From positions 11,262 through 75,261 of the forward strand of contig DATDWN010000016.1 in the NCBI GenBank assembly GCA_036517395.1: 64,000 nucleotides of DNA. Direction: 5' to 3'. Of this stretch, positions 46,318-55,252 are shown one piece after another. The notes under the pieces were generated by a model that saw nothing but the letters and a program-made list of their open reading frames with translations, was not told where the DNA came from and made no database searches. The translations under genes were made by a program, and so were the position numbers. The stretch comes from Minisyncoccota bacterium. GTDB taxonomy: Bacteria; Patescibacteriota; Minisyncoccia; Phycocordibacterales; DATDWN01. The number at the start of each line of letters is the position of its first letter. Position 1 is the stretch's first letter.

Positions 46318-46472
46318 AATAATACTTTTCAAAACATTCGCAGACCCCGAGCTTGGCGTTGTCAACGACCCTGAGCGAAGCGAAGGGCTCTTGACAACGA
46401 GGGGTCGAGGACCCGAACGAGGCTTCCGCAGGAAGAAGCCGAGTGTTTTTGAAAAGTATTATTCGAAGAGTC
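46318..46472. repeat. long palindromic element (family E-like): 27-bp perfect arms ACTCTTCGAATAATACTTTTCAAAACA / complement around a GC-rich palindromic core
   Basis: Seen directly; located 3' of the DEAD-box helicase gene. Confidence 0.6.
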
Positions 46473-46493
46473 TTGTGATACAATAGTCGGATG

Positions 46494-46640
46494 CCCTAGT
46501 AGTAGAGCAGAGCTCACTACAGGGCTATCCCGTAGTGAAAATGAAATTATGCACAAAAACACAAACTGGTCGGCATTATTAACATATAATCTTGAAATGA
46601 TACTAGGATCATAAGGCAATTTCATTTTCTACTACTGGGA
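46494..46640. repeat. family B element copy with TIRs (CCCGTAGTGAAAATGAAATT / AATTTCATTTTCTACTACTGGG), abuts dedA ATG
   Basis: Left CCCTAGTAGTAGAGCAGAGCTCACTACAGGG; right end ...CTACTACTGGG-ATG. Confidence 0.65.
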
Positions 46641-47254
46641 TGCACTATCTGATTGATCTAATTACTACTGTCGGGTATTTCGGCTACGCAATTGTTTTTG
46701 TCATTATTTTACTTGAATCTTTTCCACCGACATTTTTTCTACCCGGAGACAGTCTGCTTTTCACGACGGGGTTTTTGGCTTCACAGGGTTATTTTAATTT
46801 TGCTTTGCTGGTGGGTGTTTTGTATATCGGCAGTGTCTTGGGTTATATGTTCAGTTATGCTATGGGTCAAAAAATTCGCGACGTCATTTTGCGAAATCCA
46901 GATAAATATTGGTTCAAGAAAAAGCATTTAGACTATACAGAGGAGTTTTTTGGCAAGTATGGTGATAAAACAGTAGTTATAGGACGGTTTATTCCCATAG
47001 TCAGGTCTTTTGCACCAACTCTGGCTGGTTCTGTCAGGATGCCATATCGTAAATTTATTCGTGATGTGCTTATCGGCGGATTTTTGTGGACAGGAGGTTT
47101 AACCAGCATAGGATTTTATCTTGGACGCATAATTCCTCACGCTGATAGATTTCTGACACCGATTATTATATGTATAATATTTGTTTCACTTTTGCCAGCT
47201 ATAATTGAATACATTAATAGGTTGAGGAAGAGAAATAAAATTTCCAATGACTAA
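46640..47254 (+). CDS. DedA/TVP38 family membrane protein
   Basis: 'LLESFPPTFFLPGDSLLFTTGFLASQG' DedA signature. Confidence 0.7.
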   Translation: MHYLIDLITTVGYFGYAIVFVIILLESFPPTFFLPGDSLLFTTGFLASQGYFNFALLVGVLYIGSVLGYMFSYAMGQKIRDVILRNPDKYWFKKKHLDYTEEFFGKYGDKTVVIGRFIPIVRSFAPTLAGSVRMPYRKFIRDVLIGGFLWTGGLTSIGFYLGRIIPHADRFLTPIIICIIFVSLLPAIIEYINRLRKRNKISND

Positions 47255-48350
47255 TAAAGTTGTCTCTATCAGTGATTATCTCAATAAGCTAAATAGTACT
47301 CTGAGAGGGGAGAAAGCTAAAATCGTCGGTGAAGTTTCTGAGCTGAAAATGTATGAGGGCAAGAGCTATTTGTTTTTCTCTCTTCGTGATAAAAAAGATC
47401 AGAGTGTCATAAACTGTATAATGTGGAAGAGAGATTTTGTTATTTCTGGTGTGGAATTGCGAGACGGTTTGGAAGTTATCATCAGCGCCTATCCTGAGGT
47501 GTACAAACCGAGCGGTCGCATGACTTTCAAGGTGGAGGCAGTTGAGCTTGTGGGCGAAGGAGCTCTGCAGATCGCATATGAGAAACTAAAAAAGAAACTG
47601 GAAATAGAGGGACTTTTTGCTGAGGAGAGAAAAAGATTACTGCCACAATACCCGCATAAGATAGGAGTGATAACATCGAAAAGCGGAGCGGTCATAAACG
47701 ATTTTCTCTCAAACATAGGCAAATTTGGCTACGAGATTTTATTTGTGGATTCTCGTGTAGAAGGCGTTGAGGCAATAAAAGATTTGTTGTCGGCGGTTGA
47801 AACTCTGAAAAAAAGTGATATAGATGTTCTGGTTATAATGCGGGGAGGCGGCTCTCTGGAATCTTTTCTTTCTTTCAACAACGAGACTCTAGTGCGGGCC
47901 GTGGCGGATTTCCCCGTACCAGTTTTAACAGGCATTGGCCATGACAAAGACATACCGCTAGTCTCTCTGGTTTCAGATAAAAATGTTTCTACGCCCACGG
48001 CCGTAGCCAATCTTTTGAACTCTAGCTGGATTGAAGCCGTGGTTGAGGTCAGGATCTCAGAAGAAAAGATCATGAGACATTTTAGTGCGCTATTGGATGT
48101 GTTCCATCGCGCCGAAGAGACCATGCTCCGGGCGATGGACAGAATAGAGTCAGGAATAAAAGGAGTTTCTGATCTTTTAAAACATTCAGAAAGAGTTATC
48201 CTCTTAGGCAGTCCAGAGCGGATTATCTCCAGTGGTTATAGTATTGTGCGTCTGGGTGGAAAAATATTGAGGAGCATAAAAAAAGTGAGAGAGGGGGACA
48301 ATCTTGATATTCTGGTTTCAGACGGTATAATCAAATCACAAGTAACATGA
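47247..48350 (+). CDS. xseA: exodeoxyribonuclease VII large subunit (short form)
   Basis: N-terminal OB fold 'ISDYLNKLNSTL...KIVGEVSE', catalytic 'VITSKSGAVINDF', 'RGGGSLE'. Confidence 0.8.
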   Translation: MTNKVVSISDYLNKLNSTLRGEKAKIVGEVSELKMYEGKSYLFFSLRDKKDQSVINCIMWKRDFVISGVELRDGLEVIISAYPEVYKPSGRMTFKVEAVELVGEGALQIAYEKLKKKLEIEGLFAEERKRLLPQYPHKIGVITSKSGAVINDFLSNIGKFGYEILFVDSRVEGVEAIKDLLSAVETLKKSDIDVLVIMRGGGSLESFLSFNNETLVRAVADFPVPVLTGIGHDKDIPLVSLVSDKNVSTPTAVANLLNSSWIEAVVEVRISEEKIMRHFSALLDVFHRAEETMLRAMDRIESGIKGVSDLLKHSERVILLGSPERIISSGYSIVRLGGKILRSIKKVREGDNLDILVSDGIIKSQVT

Positions 48351-48373
48351 CTAAATCAAAGCCATCTCAAACA

Positions 48374-48450
48374 AACCCGCACACTAAAATTGGCATCGTC
48401 GGGATTACCGACAGTACAAAACATAATGCCAATATTAGTGTGCGGGTAAA
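48374..48450. repeat. family A element, copy 5 (short) in the xseA-xseB junction
   Basis: AACCCGCACACTAAAATTGGCAT...ATGCCAATATTAGTGTGCGGGTAAAC. Confidence 0.75.
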
Positions 48451-48628
48451 CATAAACGACACTTTAAAGAAACTAGCTAAAATAGTGGACTGGTTTGAAT
48501 CCCAAAACGAACTGGATGTGGAAAAAGGTTTGGAATATGTAAAAGAAGGAGCCACTCTCATAAAAGCCTCACGCCAAAGACTTTCCGAAATAGAAAACGA
48601 ATTCAAGGAGATAAAGAAAACGATTTAG
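48440..48628 (+). CDS. xseB: exodeoxyribonuclease VII small subunit
   Basis: 'LKKLAKIVDWFESQNELDVEKGLEYVKEGATLIKASRQRLSEIENE' XseB helix pair. The preferred start is GTG at 48440 inside the MITE repeat (the track ORF from 48347 includes the repeat). Confidence 0.65.
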   Translation: MRVNINDTLKKLAKIVDWFESQNELDVEKGLEYVKEGATLIKASRQRLSEIENEFKEIKKTI

Positions 48629-48634
48629 CCTTTT

Positions 48635-49426
48635 TTAGTCGTACTTGATTATTCTGCCGTCTCCTGGTTCTATTACGATGCCGTGTTTTTCTAGGTCGTT
48701 ATGTGAGTATGAAAACCCGATTCCGTTTCGCACAGGCGTGTTGCGGATTATTTTTAAAATTTCATCTTCATCATCTATTATTGTGTAAAGGGTTAAGTCT
48801 TCGGCGTCTATCATTCCACGGCTGAGCATCTCTTTTCTCATTAGTTCGTCTAGATGCTTCCAAAATTCCTTACCCACCAGTATGATTGGCACTTTTTCTA
48901 TTTTACCGGTTTGGACTAGTGTGATAATCTCAAAAAATTCGTCAAATGTTCCAAAACCTCCTGGAAAAAATATATATGATTCGGCCGAGAAACCCAGACA
49001 GACTTTCCGGCTAAAAAAATAGTGAAAGTTCAAGTATCGGTTTATATATGGATTTTGGACTTGATGATGGGGCAGTTCAACATTGAGACCGACAGATTCT
49101 CCACCAGCCTCGAAGGCTCCACGATTTGCCGCTTCCATAATTCCCGGACCTCCACCTGTAAATATGGCATATTTTAGTTCTGTTGCTATTCGGTGCCCAA
49201 GGTTGCGGGCTTTTATATAGTAGGGATTATCTTCTTTTATTAAGTTTCCGCCAAAAATAGTAACCGATTTTGGATAATTTCGTAAAAAATTAAAACCATC
49301 CGTGAACTCTTTAGATATGAGGTGTACTCTCTCCACGGCCGTGTCGTGAATCTCCTGTTTTGTAAGAGGTTGTATTCCAAGGTCTTTTGTCGGTAGATTT
49401 ATTTTTGGTTTTTCTGATTCTAGCAT
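48635..49426 (-). CDS. LOG family protein (Rossmann-fold nucleotide-binding / cytokinin riboside 5'-monophosphate phosphoribohydrolase-like)
   Basis: 'IFTGGGPGIMEAANRGA', 'PGGFGTFDE' LOG motifs. The ATG abuts the MITE repeat. Confidence 0.8.
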   Translation of the reverse strand: MLESEKPKINLPTKDLGIQPLTKQEIHDTAVERVHLISKEFTDGFNFLRNYPKSVTIFGGNLIKEDNPYYIKARNLGHRIATELKYAIFTGGGPGIMEAANRGAFEAGGESVGLNVELPHHQVQNPYINRYLNFHYFFSRKVCLGFSAESYIFFPGGFGTFDEFFEIITLVQTGKIEKVPIILVGKEFWKHLDELMRKEMLSRGMIDAEDLTLYTIIDDEDEILKIIRNTPVRNGIGFSYSHNDLEKHGIVIEPGDGRIIKYD

Positions 49427-49428
49427 AA

Positions 49429-49571
49429 TTTATCCGCACACTAACTTCTGTCTCGTTACCTGTGCAATGTATTAAAAGTTTATATAATTCTATTCCGCTA
49501 ATAATTATTATACCATGACAAATCTATAACAGGTAACAAAATGCACAAGATAGAAGTTAGTGTGCGGACAG
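49429..49571. repeat. family A element, copy 6, abuts LOG start (minus strand)
   Basis: Reverse complement of the left end reads GTGTGCGGATAAATTATG, which is the LOG start. Confidence 0.8.
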
Positions 49572-49603
49572 GTTATACTTTTTTGACCGAGTGTTTGCAA
49601 TTT

Positions 49604-50353
49604 TTACAACCCAACACTTTTCAAAAATACATTCAACTCCTCTCCAACTATTTCTCGGTAAGTGTTTTGAGCGATTTTTCCCAGTTCTATATTTTGAACA
49701 CGAACTCTTCGAAGATCTCGAACAGTGTACCCAAGCTTCTCGGTCATTCTTCTCAACTGGCGATTCTTGCCTTCAGTTAGCACAATGCTGAAAAAATTTT
49801 CCGACAGCTTTTTCACTATTGCCGGTTTAGTCACCCCATCTCCAATGTTCACCCCATCTTGCATGTGTTTCAGAAATGCCGGTGTAAATTTTCTATCAAC
49901 TTCTACAATATATTCTTTCTCATGATCATGCGCGGGGTTGAGAAGTCGGTCGGTTATCCTACCGTCGTTTGTCATAATCAATAGCCCGTAAGACTCCTTG
50001 TCCAGTCTCCCAACAGGGAACACCCCTGCGGGGAACTTTGCGCTCTGCATTATTCCTTTCTCTTTTTCTTGAGGGTTTGTACTGACTACCCCTCTCGGTT
50101 TGTTGTAGGCCAGATAAATGAGCTTCTTTTTTGTATGCACTCCTCTGATTTCCACATTGTCGCTTTCCATAACTTTATCACCGAGGATTGCCACTCGTCC
50201 GTTTATTAGAACCTTCTTACTTTTTATAAGCTCATCCACTCCCGTGCGAGTGGCTACGCCTTTGTGGGCGAGGTATTTATTTATCCGCACACCAACTCTG
50301 GCATCGCTTTTTGTGTTCTGGCTTAGTTTTGTAGCGTATTTTTTATTTTTCAT
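49604..50353 (-). CDS. rluB: rRNA pseudouridine synthase (RsuA/RluB family, S4 + catalytic domain)
   Basis: S4 'RINKYLAHKGVATRTGVDELI', catalytic 'PVGRLDKESYGLLIMTNDG'. The N-terminal ~24 codons lie inside a MITE copy, so the true start is uncertain. Confidence 0.8.
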   Translation of the reverse strand: MKNKKYATKLSQNTKSDARVGVRINKYLAHKGVATRTGVDELIKSKKVLINGRVAILGDKVMESDNVEIRGVHTKKKLIYLAYNKPRGVVSTNPQEKEKGIMQSAKFPAGVFPVGRLDKESYGLLIMTNDGRITDRLLNPAHDHEKEYIVEVDRKFTPAFLKHMQDGVNIGDGVTKPAIVKKLSENFFSIVLTEGKNRQLRRMTEKLGYTVRDLRRVRVQNIELGKIAQNTYREIVGEELNVFLKSVGL

Positions 50354-50424
50354 AAATTGATTTCAAGGGATAATTTTAGTTAAAAAGCAGAACAATGCTA
50401 GAGTTGGTGTGCGGGTTTATCCTC
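50281..50424. repeat. family A element, copy 7, contains the rluB 5' end
   Basis: TTATCCGCACACCAACTCTGGCATCGC ... GCTAGAGTTGGTGTGCGGGTTTATCC. Confidence 0.75.
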
Positions 50425-50443
50425 ATGGGATATGCATCCATAT

Positions 50444-50577
50444 TTACCCACACACTAAATCTGCCATTGTTTTGTCCTGGTTCTGTCTATAATCTGCTAT
50501 TATACATTATAGTAGATTTGTAAGTGTTGTATAATATTATAAAAAAAGGACGATGGCAGAATTAGTGTGTGGGTTTA
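50444..50577. repeat. family A element, copy 8 (tandem with copy 7, upstream of the FKBP gene)
   Basis: TTTACCCACACACTAAATCTGCCATTGTTTTGTCCTGG ... GACGATGGCAGAATTAGTGTGTGGGTTTAC. Confidence 0.75.
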
Positions 50578-50608
50578 CAATATATATTACCCATAATATA
50601 ATACAAGG

Positions 50609-51067
50609 ATGAAAACACTAAAAAAAGAAGAGTGGGTGGCGGTTATTATCGCTGTTTTTGTCGTCGGTTTTGTATTTATATTTGGTCAGGGTTTAATGTC
50701 GATATTTAATAATAAAAAATTAGGAACTAGCATGACCCAAGCACCAAAAGTTTTGATACAAGATGAGGTATTTGGCACAGGGGAAATGGCGGCAGTGGGT
50801 GATCGTGTCATTGTGAACTATGTTGGACATTTTGTTGATGGTAGAGTTTTCGATAGCTCCCTCGCTCGTAACGAGCCATTCCAGTTTGTTCTGGGTGTAG
50901 GTCAGGTCATAAAGGGATGGGATGAGGGTATAGTCGGTATGCGAGTTGGTGGAAAGAGGCTTCTCCAAATACCTTCGAGCCTTGGTTATGGGGTTAATGA
51001 TTACGGTCCGATTCCGGGCGGCTCGACATTGATTTTTGAAGTGGAGCTTTTGAAAGTGGAGAAGTAA
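50609..51067 (+). CDS. FKBP-type peptidyl-prolyl cis-trans isomerase (membrane-anchored)
   Basis: 'VNYVGHFVDGRVFDSS...FVLGVGQVIKGWDEGIVGM...GSTLIFEVELLKV'. Confidence 0.85.
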   Translation: MKTLKKEEWVAVIIAVFVVGFVFIFGQGLMSIFNNKKLGTSMTQAPKVLIQDEVFGTGEMAAVGDRVIVNYVGHFVDGRVFDSSLARNEPFQFVLGVGQVIKGWDEGIVGMRVGGKRLLQIPSSLGYGVNDYGPIPGGSTLIFEVELLKVEK

Positions 51068-51134
51068 ACTCTACCTGACTCTTTAAACAAAAAAGTCTTA
51101 AAATAAGGGCTTTTTTGTTGTCCACAAAATCTGC

Positions 51135-51163
51135 TTGACAGCATAGACATAGTATGCTAAGCT
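51135..51163 (+). promoter_or_regulatory. near-consensus sigma-70 promoter (TTGACA-17-TGcTAAGCT, extended -10)
   Basis: TTGACA at 51135-51140, 17-nt spacer, TG at -15/-14, TAAGCT at 51158-51163. Confidence 0.55.
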
Positions 51164-51169
51164 ATACAT

Positions 51170-51576
51170 CAGGAAGGGTGCCTGATCAATAGAGCATCCG
51201 AGGGGACAACGTTGCAGGGGCGAAAAAAAAGAAAGGTCCATTTTTTCAGCGTCAGTCCCGAGGAGGCCAGATTGGCTTGATGTTTCTAGGGCATCAAACG
51301 GGTGAGAAGAGCTAGACTTCTGCCCGGAGCCAGTCTGATGGTTGTGTGGCCGCCTCAATGTTTCACACTCGGCGGGGGGTTATCCCGCTTAAATACATCC
51401 AGGCAGTTACGTTCATGTTGCCTAAGTGCCATGTATGTAACACCCGTCAGAGCGGAAGCGTTTATTGCTTTCGCCGAGGACAACCTGTTTAGTTAGAGGG
51501 GTAGAGGGCCGACGAAAAACTAGCCGCCGACTCTCTCACCCAATCACGCGCCGATCCCTCTGGGCTCGGCGTTTTG
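51170..51576 (+). ncRNA. candidate structured RNA (~400 nt) or long cis-regulatory leader of tgt; class undetermined
   Basis: GC-enriched relative to flanks; starts downstream of the promoter; ends in hairpin GCCGATCCCTCTGGGCTCGGC plus a T-run, 47 nt before the tgt ATG; no convincing ORF. Confidence 0.4.
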
Positions 51577-51622
51577 CATTATAAAAATTTCTTTTTTTAT
51601 GCATAAATGCTAATCTGGTTTA

Positions 51623-52909
51623 GTGAAATCTTTTTCTTTTGATATACATTCTGAACTTCCAAATTCTCTCGGACGAGTTGGTACAATACACACTCCACAT
51701 GGTGACATACAAACACCGGCATTTGTCGCAGTTGGAACAAAAGGCACGGTAAAAAGTTTGACGCCGGAACAGGTCGCAGATACTGGCACACAAGTCATAA
51801 TCGCAAATACATATCATTTATATTTAGAGCCCGGAGACGAAAAGATAAAAAATATTGGAGGGTTGCACAAAGCGATGAACTGGTCTGATCCTCTTATGAC
51901 CGACTCTGGCGGCTTCCAAGTTTTTTCTCTAGGTGTCGCATATGGCAAAAAGATTAGCAAAGTTTCAAAAAAAGATGAACTAATACTATCCAAGCCTCTC
52001 CCTATGTCCGACATAGGGAGATTTGCGGAAACAAGACTTCAACAAGATGAGGCAGTACCAAAGATTGCTCGAATTGATTCCAATGGGGTAATGTTCCGCG
52101 ATCATATATCGGGCAGCGCTCACTATTTTACTCCGGAAAAATCGATAGAGATTCAGCACAATCTCGGCGCAGATATTATTTTTGCCTTTGACGAATGCAC
52201 CTCACCTCATGAGTCGCTTCATTATCAGAAAGAAGCGCTTGAGAGAACTCACCGCTGGGCTCGACGTTCTCTTGAACATCATTCCGACATTCTCAAGAAT
52301 GTCGGAATGAATGGCCCTGCGATTTTTGGCATTGTGCAGGGCGGGCGAGATGAAACCTTGCGTAAAGAAAGTGCAAAATATATGGCAGATTTAAGGGCCG
52401 GAGGTCCTGAACGAAGCGAAGGATTCGACGGTTTCGGAATAGGCGGATCATTTGAAAAAGAAGATATGAGCAAGGCAGTAGAATGGTGCAATCAGATTTT
52501 GCCAAGAGAGAAGCCAAGGCATCTGCTTGGTATCGGCGAGCCAACCGATTTATTTATGGCGGTTGAGTTCGGGTGTGATTTGTTTGACTGTGTTTCACCC
52601 ACTCGTATCGCTCGAAACGGCGGAGTTTATACAAAAGAAGGAAGAGTCAATTTACTGAATCAAGAATTTCGAGAAGATTCAAAACCTCTCGACCAAGGTT
52701 GTCTCTGCTACACATGCAAAAACTTTTCGTGCGCTTATGTTGCACATCTCTTTCATGCAAAAGAAATTTTGGCTTATACGCTGGCATCAATACACAACCT
52801 TTATTTTATAACTCACATGGTGGATGGTATGCGCGAGACTATGCAAAGCGGGGATTTTGAAAGCTACAAAAAAGATTTTTTAAGTAAATACTACAGGACT
52901 AATTTGTGA
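51623..52909 (+). CDS. tgt: queuine tRNA-ribosyltransferase
   Basis: 'LMTDSGGFQVFSL', 'DCVSPTRIARNGG', Zn site 'CLCYTCKNF...H'; carries a 30-bp palindromic segment at 52290-52319. Confidence 0.9.
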   Translation: MKSFSFDIHSELPNSLGRVGTIHTPHGDIQTPAFVAVGTKGTVKSLTPEQVADTGTQVIIANTYHLYLEPGDEKIKNIGGLHKAMNWSDPLMTDSGGFQVFSLGVAYGKKISKVSKKDELILSKPLPMSDIGRFAETRLQQDEAVPKIARIDSNGVMFRDHISGSAHYFTPEKSIEIQHNLGADIIFAFDECTSPHESLHYQKEALERTHRWARRSLEHHSDILKNVGMNGPAIFGIVQGGRDETLRKESAKYMADLRAGGPERSEGFDGFGIGGSFEKEDMSKAVEWCNQILPREKPRHLLGIGEPTDLFMAVEFGCDLFDCVSPTRIARNGGVYTKEGRVNLLNQEFREDSKPLDQGCLCYTCKNFSCAYVAHLFHAKEILAYTLASIHNLYFITHMVDGMRETMQSGDFESYKKDFLSKYYRTNL

Positions 52910-52921
52910 TATATTAGGCGA

Positions 52922-55021
52922 ATGCAGTTTAAAATACACAGGGAGTTCGAGCCCGCGGGGGATCAGCCCAAAGCTATTGAAGCATTAGTTGATGGAGTAA
53001 AAAAAGGTCTGAAACATCAGACACTTTTTGGTGTGACTGGATCCGGTAAAACTTTCACGGTAGCAAACGTCATACAAGAAATCCAAAAACCAACTCTGGT
53101 CATCGCCCACAACAAAACTCTAGCCGCTCAGCTGGCTCAGGAATATCGCGAATTTTTCCCGAACAACGCCGTGCATTATTTTGTTTCTTATTACGACTAC
53201 TACCAACCCGAGGCCTACATGCCCGTCTCTGACACATATATAGAGAAGGAAGCAATGATAAATGAGGAGATTGAGAGACTTCGTCACGCTTCGACGCAGG
53301 CTCTTCTCACACGAAAGGATGTTATCATCGTCGCCTCAGTTTCTTGCATCTATGGCCTCGGTTCTCCCGTCGAATATGAAAAAGTAAATATGAAAATAGC
53401 CGTGGGACAGGAAATTTCTCGGGCGGAATTTATCAGAAGTTTAGTTGATGTCCATTTTGAGAGGACTAGCGCAGATCTTTCGTCGGGACAATTTCGAGCC
53501 ATAGGGAACATGTTAGAAATTATGCCGATTTCAGAAAAAAATATTTACCGTATTGAAATCGAGGCCGGCAACCACAGTACCAGAGCAAAGCTCGGTACGG
53601 GGCATAGAATAAAACAAATATTGGAAATTGACTCGATTACTCGAAGTATAGTAAGAGAAGTCAGCGCATTTTTTCTTTTTCCCGCCAAACATTTCATTTC
53701 CACGAAAGAGCAAAACGAAAGAGCCTTCAAATCTATCAAAGCGGAACTGACCGAGCGACTAAAAGAATTAGAAAAAGAAGGCAAGTTGCTCGAAGCGGAA
53801 AGGCTGAAGAGACGCACGACTTATGACTTGGCTCTTATCCGCGAGATGGGATATTGCAACGGCATAGAAAACTACTCTCGGCATTTTTCTGGGAAGATGG
53901 CGGGAGAAGCGCCTGACACTTTGCTTTCATATTTTCCCCACAAGGCCGACGGTTCGGCAGATTTTTTGACGATTATCGATGAGTCTCACGTTACGGTTCC
54001 GCAAATAGGTGCTATGTATGGAGGGGATTCATCTCGAAAACAGTCGCTTGTTGATTTCGGATTTCGATTACCAAGCGCAAAAGACAACAGGCCTTTGAAA
54101 TTTAAAGAGTTTGAAGAGAGGATGGGACAGTGTATATATACGAGCGCCACCCCGAATGATTATGAAAGAGAACACTCACAGCAGACCGTGGAGCAGGTTA
54201 TACGACCGACGGGTCTTATTGATCCAGTTGTTGAGGTTCGACCAATAGTATCCTCCCCGAGGTCTGACCTTGGGAAATTAGATGTTAAAGGTCAGACCTC
54301 TGGAATTCCGTATCCGGGTCAAATAAAAGATTTCATACAAGAATCCGAGAAAGCCATAAAAAAAGGTGGGAGGGTTATAGCCACAACTCTAACTAAAAAG
54401 ATGGCAGAAGATTTAAGCGAATATTTGAAAGAGGGGAATATTAAAGCGGAATATTTGCACAGTGATATAAAAACAATACAGCGCATTGAGATACTGACAG
54501 CTTTTCGTCGCGGTGAATTTGATATTTTAGTCGGAGTGAATTTGCTTCGAGAAGGTTTGGATTTGCCGGAGGTGACGCTTATTGGTATTTTGGAAGCGGA
54601 TAAAGAAGGATTTCTACGAAGCGAAACTTCTCTTATACAAATTATAGGTCGTGCGGCGCGAAATGTAGATGGAAAAGTCATTTTGTACGCCGATCACATG
54701 ACCGGTTCGATGGAGTATGCCATAAACGAGACAAACCGCAGACGCGCTCTGCAAGTGGACTACAACACAAAACACGGTATCACTCCGAAAACTATAATAA
54801 AAAAGATTCAGGACATAACCGACCAGATGAAGACAGAACATGCGAAAACTGTGAGCGATTTACTCGAAATTGATAAAAAACTATTTGAAAAAGATCCACA
54901 GAAATTGATAAAGCAAAAAGAAAAACAAATGGAGGGAGCTGTGAAAATCTTGGACTTTGAGACGGCCGCTATCTTGCGTGACGAGGTTTTGGAATTACAG
55001 AGGTTACTTGGAAAAAAATGA
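52922..55021 (+). CDS. uvrB: excinuclease ABC subunit B
   Basis: 'GDQPKAI', 'GVTGSGKTFT', helicase motifs, C-terminal UvrB/C interaction 'AAILRDEVLELQ'. Confidence 0.95.
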   Translation: MQFKIHREFEPAGDQPKAIEALVDGVKKGLKHQTLFGVTGSGKTFTVANVIQEIQKPTLVIAHNKTLAAQLAQEYREFFPNNAVHYFVSYYDYYQPEAYMPVSDTYIEKEAMINEEIERLRHASTQALLTRKDVIIVASVSCIYGLGSPVEYEKVNMKIAVGQEISRAEFIRSLVDVHFERTSADLSSGQFRAIGNMLEIMPISEKNIYRIEIEAGNHSTRAKLGTGHRIKQILEIDSITRSIVREVSAFFLFPAKHFISTKEQNERAFKSIKAELTERLKELEKEGKLLEAERLKRRTTYDLALIREMGYCNGIENYSRHFSGKMAGEAPDTLLSYFPHKADGSADFLTIIDESHVTVPQIGAMYGGDSSRKQSLVDFGFRLPSAKDNRPLKFKEFEERMGQCIYTSATPNDYEREHSQQTVEQVIRPTGLIDPVVEVRPIVSSPRSDLGKLDVKGQTSGIPYPGQIKDFIQESEKAIKKGGRVIATTLTKKMAEDLSEYLKEGNIKAEYLHSDIKTIQRIEILTAFRRGEFDILVGVNLLREGLDLPEVTLIGILEADKEGFLRSETSLIQIIGRAARNVDGKVILYADHMTGSMEYAINETNRRRALQVDYNTKHGITPKTIIKKIQDITDQMKTEHAKTVSDLLEIDKKLFEKDPQKLIKQKEKQMEGAVKILDFETAAILRDEVLELQRLLGKK

Positions 55022-55050
55022 TTTTATGATATTCTGTGTGAGGAGGGGTT

Positions 55051-55152
55051 ATGATGCACATTCTCGCCTGGGCATTTGTGCCGGTGCTTGTGATTCTGGT
55101 TTTCGGGTCTGTGCTGAATCTCAGCACAACCAAGATCACCAAGCGCTGAATA
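55051..55152 (+). CDS. 33-aa GC-rich hydrophobic mini-ORF with strong SD (MMHILAWAFVPVLVILVFGSVLNLSTTKITSAE)
   Basis: AGGAGG 4-5 nt upstream; single TM helix; followed by hairpin GGCGGGTC-GACCA-GACCCGCC and a T-rich tail. Confidence 0.4.
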
Positions 55153-55162
55153 GGTTTTGAGG

Positions 55163-55200
55163 CGGCGGGTCGACCAGACCCGCCGTTCGTCGTATTTGTG
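55163..55200 (+). terminator. intrinsic terminator-like hairpin after the mini-ORF
   Basis: 8-bp GC stem followed by TTCGTCGTATTTGTGTG. Confidence 0.45.
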
Positions 55201-55252
55201 TGTTTGTGGTAAGATATTGTCCTCACCCAATAGGCAGTCGGGGAGTTTATTT

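Noticed and set aside
51170-51576. Assigning the 400-nt unit specifically as RNase P RNA or tmRNA
   Set aside because: I could not find the invariant P4 (AGGAAAGUCCGGGCUCC / ACAGAAACCGGCUUA) or tmRNA tRNA-like end (GGGGGUUCGAAUCCCCC..CCACCA) by eye; left as an unclassified candidate.
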